Assembly: GCA_012960115.1 (NCBI GenBank)
Contig: DUBX01000030.1
Location: 30,338-94,337, forward strand
Origin: Porticoccaceae bacterium
GTDB taxonomy: Bacteria > Pseudomonadota > Gammaproteobacteria > Pseudomonadales > Porticoccaceae
Reading direction: 5' to 3'
DNA length: 64,000 nucleotides
The notes under the pieces are model-generated. The model did no database searches. It worked only from the letters and a program-made list of their open reading frames with translations, and was not told the origin of the DNA. The translations under genes were made by a program, and so were the position numbers. Each line of letters opens with the position of its first letter. The stretch's first letter is position 1. Shown piece by piece: positions 43,179-54,503 of this stretch.

Positions 43179-44114
43179 CTATTTGTTTGCCTGGTCAAAC
43201 CAGGCTCTTATGTTATTAACATCACGGCGAATATTTTCCACCAAGTCATCTAACGTAGTGAATTTTTTCTCGTCACGAATTTTATGTCTAAACTCTACTT
43301 CAATCCGCTGACCGTAAAGTTTTCCTTCAAAATCCAAAAGGTGTACTTCTAGAATTGGTTTTACTAAATCGCCAACCGTTGGCCTGATACCTACATTGGC
43401 CGCGCCTTGTAAAACTTCCTCACCAACATTCACCAACACTGCAAAAACGCCTGACAACGGGGCGCTATATCGATGAAGTTGCACATTAGCCGTTGGGAAG
43501 CCCAATTCAGTTCCAAGCTGTTGACCGTAAACAACTCGCCCTTGAATCGAAAATGGCCGCCCTAATAAGTCCTGTGCACCGGCAAAGTCCGATTGTCGCA
43601 AAAACTTTCGCACTAGCGTGCTACTAACACGTTGACCATCGACCTCGAGGGTTTCAGTGTCCTGAACTTCAAAATTAGCTTTAGCCCCTGAGCGCTTCAG
43701 CATCTGAAAATCACCGCTGCGGTCACAACCAAAACGAAAATCATCGCCAACAATTAAATAACGAGTGCGCAAACCCTTAACTAACACCTGATCAACAAAC
43801 TGCTGAGCCGTTAGACTTCTCAGCGCCTGGTTGAAATGTAAACAGACAACCTGATCAATACCAAAATCTATCAGTGCCTCTATCTTCTCTCGCAGGCGCA
43901 TCAATCTTGCAGGAGCCTTTTCACCTGAAAAATATTCCTGTGGCTGAGGCTCAAAAACCATGACCACCGATGGCAAATTTAAGGCGGCGGCTTTATTTTT
44001 CACCTGCTGCAATATAGCCTGATGACCAAGGTGAACGCCATCAAAAGAACCGATAGTTACAACCGATTCTTGGTCAGAGGCATGCAGGTTATGTAATCCT
44101 CGAATGAAACTCAT
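43179..44114 (-). CDS. ribF: Bifunctional riboflavin kinase/FAD synthetase
   Basis: GSFDGVHLGHQ, GDDFRFG, VSST, GFPTAN, IRDEKKF. Confidence 0.96.
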   Translation of the reverse strand: MSFIRGLHNLHASDQESVVTIGSFDGVHLGHQAILQQVKNKAAALNLPSVVMVFEPQPQEYFSGEKAPARLMRLREKIEALIDFGIDQVVCLHFNQALRSLTAQQFVDQVLVKGLRTRYLIVGDDFRFGCDRSGDFQMLKRSGAKANFEVQDTETLEVDGQRVSSTLVRKFLRQSDFAGAQDLLGRPFSIQGRVVYGQQLGTELGFPTANVQLHRYSAPLSGVFAVLVNVGEEVLQGAANVGIRPTVGDLVKPILEVHLLDFEGKLYGQRIEVEFRHKIRDEKKFTTLDDLVENIRRDVNNIRAWFDQANK

Positions 44115-44277
44115 TTTGCCTCGTTTTACAGCCAACATCATTACCCTCTAAACAAGGCGCAAAGTATACCTAGCAACGCGCAGAAAGGTAAGAGATAGGC
44201 CCACAATGGTGTGTTACGTTTACCCTTTTAAATGCTCATGGACAGCTAAAACTCTAGCCTCAAAAAAGCATTGTGGT

Positions 44278-45951
44278 TTATGGTTGGCGTGAGGTCGCCT
44301 TAGCGGGGCCGCGCAGATCTGACCTTTTAAAGCCGGTTATTAAAAGCATTAAAACATAGGCTACAAATCCGGCGGCACAAAGCCCCAGAATACCTCTAGA
44401 TCTCTGCCACCAAGGCATGTTCTGCCAAACCTCAGAATTTAACGCATCTAGCGGCCCAGAGACCACCACCAGCACAACCAACATTGCAGCAACAGCTGCA
44501 CTTAGCCGGCAAAAGAACCCCACCCAATGACCTGAGGCCACATAAACACCACTCCTTTTTAGATAGACATACAGGAGGATGGCATTTAAAAAAGCAGCGA
44601 CTGATGTAGCGGCGGCTAACCCTAGATGTCCGATCTGCCAATAAAAATGCAGGGGCACCACAAAAAGAATGTTAAGCACCATATTAGTCACCATAGCGAT
44701 AATACCAATGCGCACCGGTGTGCGCATATCTTGACGAGCAAAAAAGCCAGGAGCGAGTACCTTAATCAACATAAACGCAATCAGACCCAAGGCATAGGCC
44801 CGCAAACTTAGCGTTGCCATCGACATATCCCGAAGGGTCATTACGTCGCCATAATAAAACAGGGTGACTAAAATGGGCTCGGCTAATAGCACCAACGCCG
44901 CAGAAGCCGGCACCGCAATAAGCAAAATCATTTTTAGCGCCCAATCTAATGTCTCAGAATATTCCTGAGTTGAACTCGCCGCATGATGGCGCGACAGGTT
45001 AGGCAATATTACCGTAGCAATGGCGATGCCAAATACACCGAGAGGCAGTTCCGACAAGCGATCCGAGTAATACAGCCAAGAGACACTTCCCGTTGGTAAG
45101 AACGTCGCTAGCATGGTATCTAGTAGTAAATTTATTTGGCTAACAGAAACTCCAAATATTGCCGGCCCCATTAGCTTTAAAATCTTACGCACACCGGGAT
45201 GATGCCAATCAACTTTGGGTGCGGGCAGCATGTGAATACGCAGTAAAAACGGAATCTGAAAAATAAACTGCAAAATCCCCGCAATTAACACACCCCAAGC
45301 GAGGGCAAAAGCGGGCTGTTCAAACATGGGCGCTGCAATTAGAGCCGCTGCAATCAGCGATATATTCAATAAAATAGGTGTAAATGCCGGCACCGCAAAC
45401 CGATCATAGCTATTAAGAATGCCCCCAGCGACACCAGTCATCGAAATAAACATCAAGTAGGGAAAGGTAATGCGCAACATCTCGGCAGTCGCAGTAAACT
45501 TTAGAGGGTCATTAAAAAACCATTTTGGTGCAAAAATAGCCGCCATGGCAGGAGCTGCCAAAACAATGACCAACGTAAACAATAAAAGGGTAAGCCCCAA
45601 AGTGCCACTTACTCGACTTATTAAGCTTCGCACTGCAGCCTGACTACCCTGCTCTCGATACTCGCCCAATATCGGCACAAATGCCTGAGCAAAGGCCCCT
45701 TCAGCAAACAACCGACGAAAAAAATTAGGTATTTTAAAGGCGACAAAAAATACGTCCGCAAATGCCTCGGCGCCAATAACTCTGGCAAATACAACGTCTC
45801 GAGCAAGCCCCATGACGCGGGACAGCATGGTAAAAAAGCTAACGACACCGCTAGAACGCAACAAACCATTGTCTTTAGGATTGCCTGAAGGCTCGACGAA
45901 AGCCCCAGTAGGCGCGCCTTGATCATCTAACTGTGACCGTTCCTGGGTCAA
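44278..45951 (-). CDS. murJ: Lipid II flippase MurJ
   Basis: SRVMGLARD, FKIPNFFRRLFAEGAFAQAFVP, YSDRLSELPLG. Confidence 0.96.
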   Translation of the reverse strand: MTQERSQLDDQGAPTGAFVEPSGNPKDNGLLRSSGVVSFFTMLSRVMGLARDVVFARVIGAEAFADVFFVAFKIPNFFRRLFAEGAFAQAFVPILGEYREQGSQAAVRSLISRVSGTLGLTLLLFTLVIVLAAPAMAAIFAPKWFFNDPLKFTATAEMLRITFPYLMFISMTGVAGGILNSYDRFAVPAFTPILLNISLIAAALIAAPMFEQPAFALAWGVLIAGILQFIFQIPFLLRIHMLPAPKVDWHHPGVRKILKLMGPAIFGVSVSQINLLLDTMLATFLPTGSVSWLYYSDRLSELPLGVFGIAIATVILPNLSRHHAASSTQEYSETLDWALKMILLIAVPASAALVLLAEPILVTLFYYGDVMTLRDMSMATLSLRAYALGLIAFMLIKVLAPGFFARQDMRTPVRIGIIAMVTNMVLNILFVVPLHFYWQIGHLGLAAATSVAAFLNAILLYVYLKRSGVYVASGHWVGFFCRLSAAVAAMLVVLVVVSGPLDALNSEVWQNMPWWQRSRGILGLCAAGFVAYVLMLLITGFKRSDLRGPAKATSRQP

Positions 45952-46121
45952 AAGAGCACCTATTCATTATGTGTTTATAAAGTACAGTTTAACCACTGAC
46001 ATCGCTGCGGCCAAGCAAATCTAAAAACTTCAAGATTAGATAATACGGTTAGACTTGCAAGCGAAGCATCACAGTCATCGTTTTCAAACTAAATAAGCCT
46101 AAATAAAGCATGAAAACTAGG

Positions 46122-46150
46122 TTGAATATTACAACTAAACCCTGTATATT
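46122..46150 (+). promoter_or_regulatory. Putative sigma-70 promoter of rpsT
   Basis: TTGAAT-N17-TATATT. Confidence 0.65.
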
Positions 46151-46191
46151 TCCGCGCCTTTAGCGAGTCCATAAAGTTAGGAGTAAGAAAG

Positions 46192-46461
46192 TTGGCAAAT
46201 TCAGTACAAGCAAAGAAACGCGCACGCCAAAACGAGAAACGCCGCCAGCATAATGCCAGCCTGCGCTCTATGGTCCGCACCTATTTAAAGAAAGTTGATG
46301 CTGCGATCGCCTCTGGTGATAAAGCAGTGGCGCAGGAAGCCTACACTGCTTCTGTGCCAGTTATAGATCGTATGGCCGATAAAGGAATTATTCACAAGAA
46401 TAAAGCCGCTCGCCATAAGAGTCGTTTGAACGCTAAAGTTAAAGCCCTTAACGCAGCGTAA
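46192..46461 (+). CDS. rpsT: 30S ribosomal protein S20 (TTG start)
   Basis: [25 protein letters not shown]. Confidence 0.97.
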   Translation: MANSVQAKKRARQNEKRRQHNASLRSMVRTYLKKVDAAIASGDKAVAQEAYTASVPVIDRMADKGIIHKNKAARHKSRLNAKVKALNAA

Positions 46462-46476
46462 GAACCTCTCAAAAAG

Positions 46477-46503
46477 AAAAACCGGCATTAGCCGGTTTTT
46501 TTT
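46477..46503. terminator. Bidirectional intrinsic terminator between rpsT and proB
   Basis: AAAAACCGGC-ATTA-GCCGGTTTTTTTT. Confidence 0.88.
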
Positions 46504-46529
46504 CGCCTCTAGCTCAATCAGTGGCCAAC

Positions 46530-47660
46530 CTACAGTTGGGCGTTAACTACCATATTGTCTCGATGAATCAACTCATCATCCTCGCGGTAGCCTAGCACCT
46601 CTAAAATTAACTCTGTGCCTTTGCCTTTTATTTTCAGAGTCTCCACTGCGCTATAGTTAACCAGCCCACGGGCTATTTCTGCACCTGCTTCATTCACACA
46701 GCTCACTAGGTCACCCCGACTAAACTCTCCGCTTACGCCTTTAACCCCAACAGGCAGTAAACTACGACCCTCTTTTGACAGCACGGCCACCGCTCCAGCA
46801 TCGAGGATCAACTGTCCCTTAACCTGTAACTGACCCGCTAACCATTGCTTACGAGCCGTGATGGGTTTCTGACTCGCGGATAACAATGTTCCAACAACAT
46901 CACCGCGACCCACTCTAAGAAGAACCTCTTCGTTACGGCCACCGGCAATCACTGTATTACAACCAGAGCGGGCCGCTAAACGCGCCGCCTGAAGTTTAGT
47001 GACCATGCCACCACGCCCCAAGCCACTTGCACTATCGCCAACCAACGCGTCCAGAGCATCGTCATCAGCCTGTGCTTGAGGCATTAATGTGGCCGTTGAG
47101 TCATGATCAGGATTGGCGCTATACAACCCATCTTTGTCAGTCAATATCACCAATAGATCAGCATCAATTAAATTAGCAACTAAAGCGGCCAAGCTATCAT
47201 TATCACCAAAACGAATTTCATCTGTAACAACAGTATCGTTTTCGTTAACAATGGGAACAACACCTAACTCCATGAGCTTTTTTAGGACACCACGAGCGTT
47301 CAAATAGCGTTGTCTATTGGCTAAGTCGTCGTGATCAAGCAAGATCTGTGCGGTAGCTCGAGTGAATCGCTCAAAACTACTCTCGTAGGCTTGAATAAGC
47401 CCCATTTGACCCACCGCAGCGGCGGCCTGTAATTCATCAATGCTGTCAGGTCTTTGTGTCCATCCGAGACGGGCAATACCCTCGGCAATAGCGCCTGAAG
47501 AGACCAGTACAATCTCATTGCCCTGATCAAGTAAAGTCGCTATCTGGCTAACCCACCCATCAATAGCTGCTCGATCAAGACCTGCACCATCATCGGTCAA
47601 TAAGGCGCTACCGATCTTAACGACCCAGCGCTTAGCATCTTTAGCGACCGTCCTGTCCAC
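46530..47660 (-). CDS. proB: Glutamate 5-kinase with PUA domain
   Basis: [32 protein letters not shown]. Confidence 0.96.
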   Translation of the reverse strand: MDRTVAKDAKRWVVKIGSALLTDDGAGLDRAAIDGWVSQIATLLDQGNEIVLVSSGAIAEGIARLGWTQRPDSIDELQAAAAVGQMGLIQAYESSFERFTRATAQILLDHDDLANRQRYLNARGVLKKLMELGVVPIVNENDTVVTDEIRFGDNDSLAALVANLIDADLLVILTDKDGLYSANPDHDSTATLMPQAQADDDALDALVGDSASGLGRGGMVTKLQAARLAARSGCNTVIAGGRNEEVLLRVGRGDVVGTLLSASQKPITARKQWLAGQLQVKGQLILDAGAVAVLSKEGRSLLPVGVKGVSGEFSRGDLVSCVNEAGAEIARGLVNYSAVETLKIKGKGTELILEVLGYREDDELIHRDNMVVNAQL

Positions 47661-47666
47661 CTTATA

Positions 47667-48878
<1,212 letters not shown>

Positions 48879-48946
48879 TTACAGTTGCCAAAGGATTTAG
48901 TCATTTCGAGTATTGAGGACCTATTTTAAAAAAAATTAGCGCCCAT

Positions 48947-48974
48947 AAAAAAAGCCCCGCGTAGGGGCCTTTTT
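48947..48974 (-). terminator. Intrinsic terminator after rplU-rpmA
   Basis: Minus strand GCCCC-TACGC-GGGGC-TTTTTTT. Confidence 0.8.
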
Positions 48975-48990
48975 AACTGAATGGGAGCGT

Positions 48991-49248
48991 CTACGCAGAC
49001 ACTACCTCAGCATATTTACGATTGTGCGGGCCTTTTTGTACAAATTGCACTTTACCCGTCGCTTTTGCAAACAACGTGTGGTCTTTACCAATACCAACAT
49101 TGTTGCCAGGATGAAACTTAGTTCCTCGCTGACGAATGATGATACCACCTGCATTGATTGCTTGACCACCATAGACTTTCACGCCAAGTCGCTTGCTTTG
49201 TGAATCGCGACCGTTACGAGTACTACCACCAGCTTTCTTGTGAGCCAT
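48991..49248 (-). CDS. rpmA: 50S ribosomal protein L27
   Basis: [16 protein letters not shown]. Confidence 0.98.
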   Translation of the reverse strand: MAHKKAGGSTRNGRDSQSKRLGVKVYGGQAINAGGIIIRQRGTKFHPGNNVGIGKDHTLFAKATGKVQFVQKGPHNRKYAEVVSA

Positions 49249-49266
49249 TGCTATATCCTCTTTGGA

Positions 49267-49581
49267 TTAACCAGCATTAATGCCAGTAATCTTAACTTCT
49301 GTATACCACTGTCTGTGGCCCTGTTGAGTGCGCGAGTGCTTGCGACGACGAAACTTGATGATGTTTACTTTATCACCACGACCGTGAGATACAATCTCAG
49401 CCGTCACTTTCCCACCCTCTACATGAGGGGCACCAATCTTGACTTCAGCACCTTCGCCAACCATCAAGACTTCTTCGAAATCAATACTATCACCAGTTGC
49501 AATCTCAAGCTTCTCAAGACGCAGGGTTTCGCCCTCTACGACTCGATGTTGCTTTCCGCCACTTTTGATTACTGCGTACAT
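49267..49581 (-). CDS. rplU: 50S ribosomal protein L21
   Basis: [14 protein letters not shown]...GHRQWYT. Confidence 0.98.
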   Translation of the reverse strand: MYAVIKSGGKQHRVVEGETLRLEKLEIATGDSIDFEEVLMVGEGAEVKIGAPHVEGGKVTAEIVSHGRGDKVNIIKFRRRKHSRTQQGHRQWYTEVKITGINAG

Positions 49582-49668
49582 GTTTTGCTCCAATTTATAA
49601 TGACCCTTTCGCGGCCTGATTCTGTCGCTTCAAGTCGTTGAGCTAATAGCCCCTTTGCGAGGGCGGCA

Positions 49669-49697
49669 ATTCTAATGGAACACCCCCGTCTTATCAA
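49669..49697 (-). promoter_or_regulatory. Sigma-70 promoter of rplU-rpmA
   Basis: TTGATA-N17-TAGAAT. Confidence 0.72.
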
Positions 49698-49797
49698 GCA
49701 TTTAAACAGTGAAAACAACAGTAATCTGCCAGATTCAAAACAGGTGGCACAAACTGACCAACAATAGAGACATTAAACCAAGCTCTAGACGATCGAA

Positions 49798-50544
49798 TTA
49801 GGCACCGTCAAGCCAGATCAGGGAAGCATTACGTCCCGTTATTTGATCTCTACGATAGGAGAAAAAACGCTCTGAATCATTAACCGTACAAAACTCTCCG
49901 CCGTACACCGCTGATACACCGCAGGCCTGCAACTCGGCCCGGGCCAGAGCATAAATGTTAGCCAAATACTTGGTGCTTGAATCTATGAAGGCATTTTTAA
50001 TCGCACCCTGATGGACGCTGTTTTGCGCGTTACCTAAAAAGGCCTCCCTAACATCCACCCCGACCTCGAATGCTTGAGGGCCAATGGCGGGACCTAAATA
50101 TGCGAGCATATTTTTTGTGTCAGAGAATTGACTAAGGGTTCTGCGCAATATGCCATTGGCAAGGCCACGCCAGCCTGCATGAACAGCCGCTATCTGAGTG
50201 CCGTTTTGATCACATAAAAGGACCGGCAAACAATCTGCCGTCATCACCACACAGGGGACACCAGCTTGATCACTAAAACTGCCGTCAGCATCCGGAACAC
50301 CCTTGGCATCTGGCGCATAGATCACCTTAGTACCATGCACTTGATTGAGCCACACTGGCGACCTTGAAAGGTTGAGGATGGTTTTAAGTGCACCACGATT
50401 AGCCTGAACGTCTGCCGGCGTGTCACCAACATGCAATGCAAGATTGTTTTGGTTAAAAGGGCCCTCACTACAGCCCCCTGCCCTAACAGTCATAGCTGAG
50501 CGCACATTATCAGGCGCCGGCCAATCTGGAACAAAAAAAGACAT
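49798..50544 (-). CDS. pgeF: PgeF/YfiH purine nucleoside phosphorylase-like protein
   Basis: NLALHVGD, QVHG, TADCLPVL, HAGWRGL, FFSYRR. Confidence 0.94.
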   Translation of the reverse strand: MSFFVPDWPAPDNVRSAMTVRAGGCSEGPFNQNNLALHVGDTPADVQANRGALKTILNLSRSPVWLNQVHGTKVIYAPDAKGVPDADGSFSDQAGVPCVVMTADCLPVLLCDQNGTQIAAVHAGWRGLANGILRRTLSQFSDTKNMLAYLGPAIGPQAFEVGVDVREAFLGNAQNSVHQGAIKNAFIDSSTKYLANIYALARAELQACGVSAVYGGEFCTVNDSERFFSYRRDQITGRNASLIWLDGA

Positions 50545-50551
50545 CGCTAAA

Positions 50552-51505
50552 CTATCCTATCGCCAAAGCTTCAAGTAAGTTTTGCATATCCTCAGGTAAA
50601 TCGGTACTCCAACCAACCTCCTTGCCGATGGCAGGATGTACAAGCGCTAACTCGCGAGCATGCAAAGCCTGACGACCAAATTGCCGCAGACACTCTTGTA
50701 GCTCTATCGAGGTGCCCTTATGAATCCGCAAACGCCCCGCATAGGTATCATCTCCAACGATAGGATGTTTTATATGCGCCATATGCACTCGAATCTGGTG
50801 AGTACGGCCCGTTTCTAGCTTAACCCGCAAATGACTGTGACTTTCGAACCGCTTAAGCACGCGATAGTGGGTTCGCGCCTCCTTGCCGTCAGTGACTACC
50901 GCCATTTTAGTACGCTGATGTGGTTGCCTGCCAATGGGCTGATCGACTGTGCCGCCGGCTATCACACAGCCAACAGTAACGGCTTCGTATTCACGGCGTA
51001 CTGTTCTAGCTTGCAGTTGCAGAACAAGGTCAGTGTGCGCTTGCAATGTCTTAGCTACCACCATCAAACCCGTAGTATCTTTGTCCAATCGGTGCACAAT
51101 ACCTGCCCGTGGTACCGACTGAAGTGAAGGGCAATGATGGAGCAAAGCATTAAGAACAGTACCAGAACGATTACCTGCGGCGGGGTGAACCACGAAATTT
51201 GTCGACTTGTTAATGACCAAGATATGATCATCTTCAAATACGATATTTAACGGAATATCCTCTGCCTGCCAGTCTCCCTCGGGCTCAAGATGGGCATTAA
51301 TCGTGAGCGTTTCACCACCGAGTAACTTATGCTTGGGTACCTTCTGTTGATCATCAACTTTCAACTCACCCTGCTTGATCCACTGTTGCAGACGCGACCG
51401 CGAAAATTCACCAAATAGCTCAGCCGCCACTTGATCTAACCGTCGGCCACAATCTGAAGGCAGCACCATGGCGTTACGTTCAATATTATCTAAATTATTA
51501 GTCAA
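50552..51505 (-). CDS. rluD: 23S rRNA pseudouridine synthase RluD
   Basis: S4 domain, VHRLDKDTTGL, LETGRTHQIRVH, RQALHA. Confidence 0.95.
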   Translation of the reverse strand: MTNNLDNIERNAMVLPSDCGRRLDQVAAELFGEFSRSRLQQWIKQGELKVDDQQKVPKHKLLGGETLTINAHLEPEGDWQAEDIPLNIVFEDDHILVINKSTNFVVHPAAGNRSGTVLNALLHHCPSLQSVPRAGIVHRLDKDTTGLMVVAKTLQAHTDLVLQLQARTVRREYEAVTVGCVIAGGTVDQPIGRQPHQRTKMAVVTDGKEARTHYRVLKRFESHSHLRVKLETGRTHQIRVHMAHIKHPIVGDDTYAGRLRIHKGTSIELQECLRQFGRQALHARELALVHPAIGKEVGWSTDLPEDMQNLLEALAIG

Positions 51506-51697
51506 TTCACCTGATCCATTATTTACTTATTTCATTAATTACTAAACTTTTTCTAAATTAATCGCTCTAACGAACGCGATTTACTGCCGACCTACACCCA
51601 TAAAATGGAAGAATTATTGGTTTAGTTAGCGGGCTGTGGTTAAATAGCCGACCTCGTCGAGCTGTGCCTCGACAGAGCCTACAACTGGGAATATTAC

Positions 51698-52825
51698 ATG
51701 AAAAACTTGTCGTTTATGTTGTTGATTTTGACTTTATCGCTTTCCTCTGGATGCTCGTGGCTTGGGTGGGGTGATGATGAACAGCCAGAAGAGGATACTG
51801 CCAGCTTTACCGAACGTAATTTTTACGACAAAATTCAATCGAGCCTGAACGCTAGTAATTGGAGCGTTGCCATAAGCAACCTGCAGCTCTTAGAGTCTCA
51901 ATTTCCCTTTGGTAAGTATGCGGAGCAAGGACAACTCGAGCTAATCTATGCCCAGTACAAGTCAGGTGACTACGAATCAAGCATCGCATCGGCAGATCGT
52001 TTTGTGCGCTTACACCCACAACACCCCAATGTCGACTATGCTTTTTATGTTAAAGGTCTGTCTGAGATCTCACAGACAGGAGGGTTCTTCGACAGCTTTA
52101 TGCCTACCGACAACAGCATGCGAGATATTGGAACAGCGCGCGGCGCTTTCACAACCTTAAGCGAACTGCTCTCGCGCTTTCCTGCAAGCCCTTATGCCGA
52201 CGATGCACGTAAACGTCTGGTAAGTTTGCGCAACCGACTGGCTCGGGCCGAAATTCATGTTGCCAACTACTACTTCACCCGAGGTGCCTATTTGGCGGCA
52301 GCTACTCGGGGGCGTTATGTTGTAGAGAATTTTCAACAATCACCCGCCGTGCCCGATGGTCTAGCGGTCACCGCCCAGGCTTATTACATGCTGGATATGC
52401 AAGAGCTAGCCGACAACTCCGTCAAGGTATTGGCTGCCAATTATCCTGAGCATCCTTCTCTTGATGAAAATGGTCAATTTGATTTCGATCAACGCCTCAT
52501 GGGTAACGAAAATACATTCCTAGACAAGCTGTCATTTGGCTTGCTTAAACGTATTAAACCACCTGCGTTTGATACCCGTACAATCTATGATAAAGCAACC
52601 CGTGATGCTGCATTGATTAGTGGCGAGGCTGCAGGTACTATTTTTGGTATGAAAACAGCCACAGCCGTTACTGCGGGCGTCCTTGGCGCCGCTGCGTTCG
52701 CCAATGGTGGCGGCAGTTCTTCCAGTGGTGGTGGCGATGGTGATGGCACTACAGGCACCACAACCACAAATACTGGCACTACAGGTACCGGCGGTTCTGG
52801 CACGACTGGAACGACTGGAACATAA
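51698..52825 (+). CDS. bamD: Outer membrane assembly lipoprotein BamD with an unusual ~67-aa Gly/Thr-rich C-terminal extension
   Basis: Lipobox LSSGC, FPFGKYAEQ, HPQHPNVDYAFY, FPASPYA, YVVENFQQSP; divergent from rluD; tail GEAAGT...GTTGTTGT. Confidence 0.93.
   Translation: MKNLSFMLLILTLSLSSGCSWLGWGDDEQPEEDTASFTERNFYDKIQSSLNASNWSVAISNLQLLESQFPFGKYAEQGQLELIYAQYKSGDYESSIASADRFVRLHPQHPNVDYAFYVKGLSEISQTGGFFDSFMPTDNSMRDIGTARGAFTTLSELLSRFPASPYADDARKRLVSLRNRLARAEIHVANYYFTRGAYLAAATRGRYVVENFQQSPAVPDGLAVTAQAYYMLDMQELADNSVKVLAANYPEHPSLDENGQFDFDQRLMGNENTFLDKLSFGLLKRIKPPAFDTRTIYDKATRDAALISGEAAGTIFGMKTATAVTAGVLGAAAFANGGGSSSSGGGDGDGTTGTTTTNTGTTGTGGSGTTGTTGT
52706..52822 (+). repeat. Low-complexity Gly/Ser/Thr coding repeat (GTTG units)
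   Basis: GGGSSSSGGGDGDGTTGTTTTNTGTTGTGGSGTTGTTGT; synonymous codons vary between units. Confidence 0.85.
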
Positions 52826-52946
52826 ATACTGTAGGAAGATGACGTTTATCAGCAGGATAAGGCGTGGTCTTCCTAAAGCATACTCACCTTTGGACTAACA
52901 GGCTAATCAGCCTGTGTCCCTAACCCCAGGTGGACAAAATATCATC

Positions 52947-53777
52947 ATGAACAAGCAAGACATTATCGATGAGATGCGGGTCCTTCCCGCTATTGATCCA
53001 GACTTTGAAATTTCTCGCAGAGTCGCATTTATTCAAAGCCAACTTACTAACGCTGGTGCCAAAACCCTTGTTCTAGGCATTAGTGGTGGGGTAGATTCCT
53101 CGACCTGCGGCCGTCTTGCCCAGCTAGCCGTTGATGGTCTCAACCAGCAGCATGATTGCACAGACTACCGATTTGCGGCGGTCCGACTTCCCTATGGCAC
53201 GCAGAAAGACGAAGACGATGCTCAGGTGTCTCTAGCCTTTATTCAACCCAGCCTGAGCTTTACCGTGAATATCAAAGACGGCGTTGATGCCATTAACGAA
53301 AGTGTCTGTGGAACCCTTGCCGACAACGGCCTATTGCCCAACGAAGGCGCGGTTGATTTTGCCAAGGGTAATGTTAAGGCGCGGGCACGCATGGTCTCGC
53401 AATACGAAATAGCCGGGATGCTCGGCGGCCTCGTGCTGGGTACCGACCACTCGGCAGAAAACATCACTGGGTTTTACACCAAGTTTGGTGATGGTGCCTG
53501 TGACTTGGCACCCCTATTTGGTTTAAGTAAGCGTCAAGTGCGCCTGCTGGTCAAAACCATGGGTGCTCCTGAAGCCCTAGTAACCAAGACGCCTACGGCA
53601 GATTTGGAGTGCTTAAGCCCGCAGAAAGAAGACGAGCAAGTGCTCGGCCTCTCCTACGATGACATTGATGATTTTCTTGAAGGTAAACCTGTCAGTGCTC
53701 AGGCTGAACAGCGCTTAATTGCTATTTACACCAAAACCCAACATAAGCGTTTGCCTATTGCCACGGTTTACGGCTAG
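52947..53777 (+). CDS. nadE: Ammonia-dependent NAD+ synthetase (no glutaminase domain)
   Basis: [45 protein letters not shown]; likely start MNKQ at 52947. Confidence 0.95.
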   Translation: MNKQDIIDEMRVLPAIDPDFEISRRVAFIQSQLTNAGAKTLVLGISGGVDSSTCGRLAQLAVDGLNQQHDCTDYRFAAVRLPYGTQKDEDDAQVSLAFIQPSLSFTVNIKDGVDAINESVCGTLADNGLLPNEGAVDFAKGNVKARARMVSQYEIAGMLGGLVLGTDHSAENITGFYTKFGDGACDLAPLFGLSKRQVRLLVKTMGAPEALVTKTPTADLECLSPQKEDEQVLGLSYDDIDDFLEGKPVSAQAEQRLIAIYTKTQHKRLPIATVYG

Positions 53778-54503
53778 TTAGCAACATTTTGATAAACATA
53801 GAGTACTCTAAAATCGCCGACTTCATTTAATATCTCGTCATTCAACCCTTCTGACTCCCGAAAGTCCTCAACAGTCGCATACTTATCTGAGATGCACCTT
53901 GAATTTAGTGCATCTAAATCTTCATGAAGTTTGTGAGACTTCATTCCCATAGTTAAACTCACCTCAGCGCCAGAAAGCTCATCCTTTGCTGTAACTGTGA
54001 GCTCACTAATTTTGTAGACATCAGCTATATTGATGAATCCTATACCCGTGCTGCCACCATTGAGAACTCCAGATATGGAGCCCGCACTATTCATTTGAGC
54101 TTGTGTTACGTGATAACCCTCGACATAAGATGCATACGTGTCACTGTCCTTAGTGGTAATCAGCCACCCGTTACTAAAATCACCCCCCAACAATAGGCTT
54201 TATGAAAACAGGTTTCCTTTGTTGAATAGCCGCCGAGCGCGCGAAAGCAACAACAGATTCACCACCTTCTTTGACACAGGCGTTGGCAGCATCAAGCAAA
54301 CACATTTTCTAAACCTGTTCTTGGGTTATCGCCAAGTTTCTGGTCAAATATGAAGCATGTTGAATTTCAAAAATCTGCGCCGCAACCCTTTGCCTTGCGG
54401 TGAAAGCCCCCATAGAGGGCAGTGAAATCGTTAATAAAATAGATAGGATAGCGATGCAAATCAGTAATTCGACAAGTGAAAACCCCTGTTGCTGAGGCTT
54501 CAT
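53774..54503 (-). pseudogene. Degraded type IV minor-pilin (FimT/FimU/PilX-like) mosaic
   Basis: Prepilin motif QQGFSLVELL; in-frame TAG at 54309-54311; frameshift in a G6 run at 54183-54188; the two frames join as KPIVGGDFSNGW. Confidence 0.7.

Noticed and set aside
51506-51697. Sigma-E promoter for bamD
   Set aside because: No GAACTT-N16-TCTGA/TCAAA match with correct spacing found
52706-52822. GGCAC/ACTGGA repeats as a CRISPR array or VNTR
   Set aside because: Degenerate coding repeats with no spacer architecture and no cas genes
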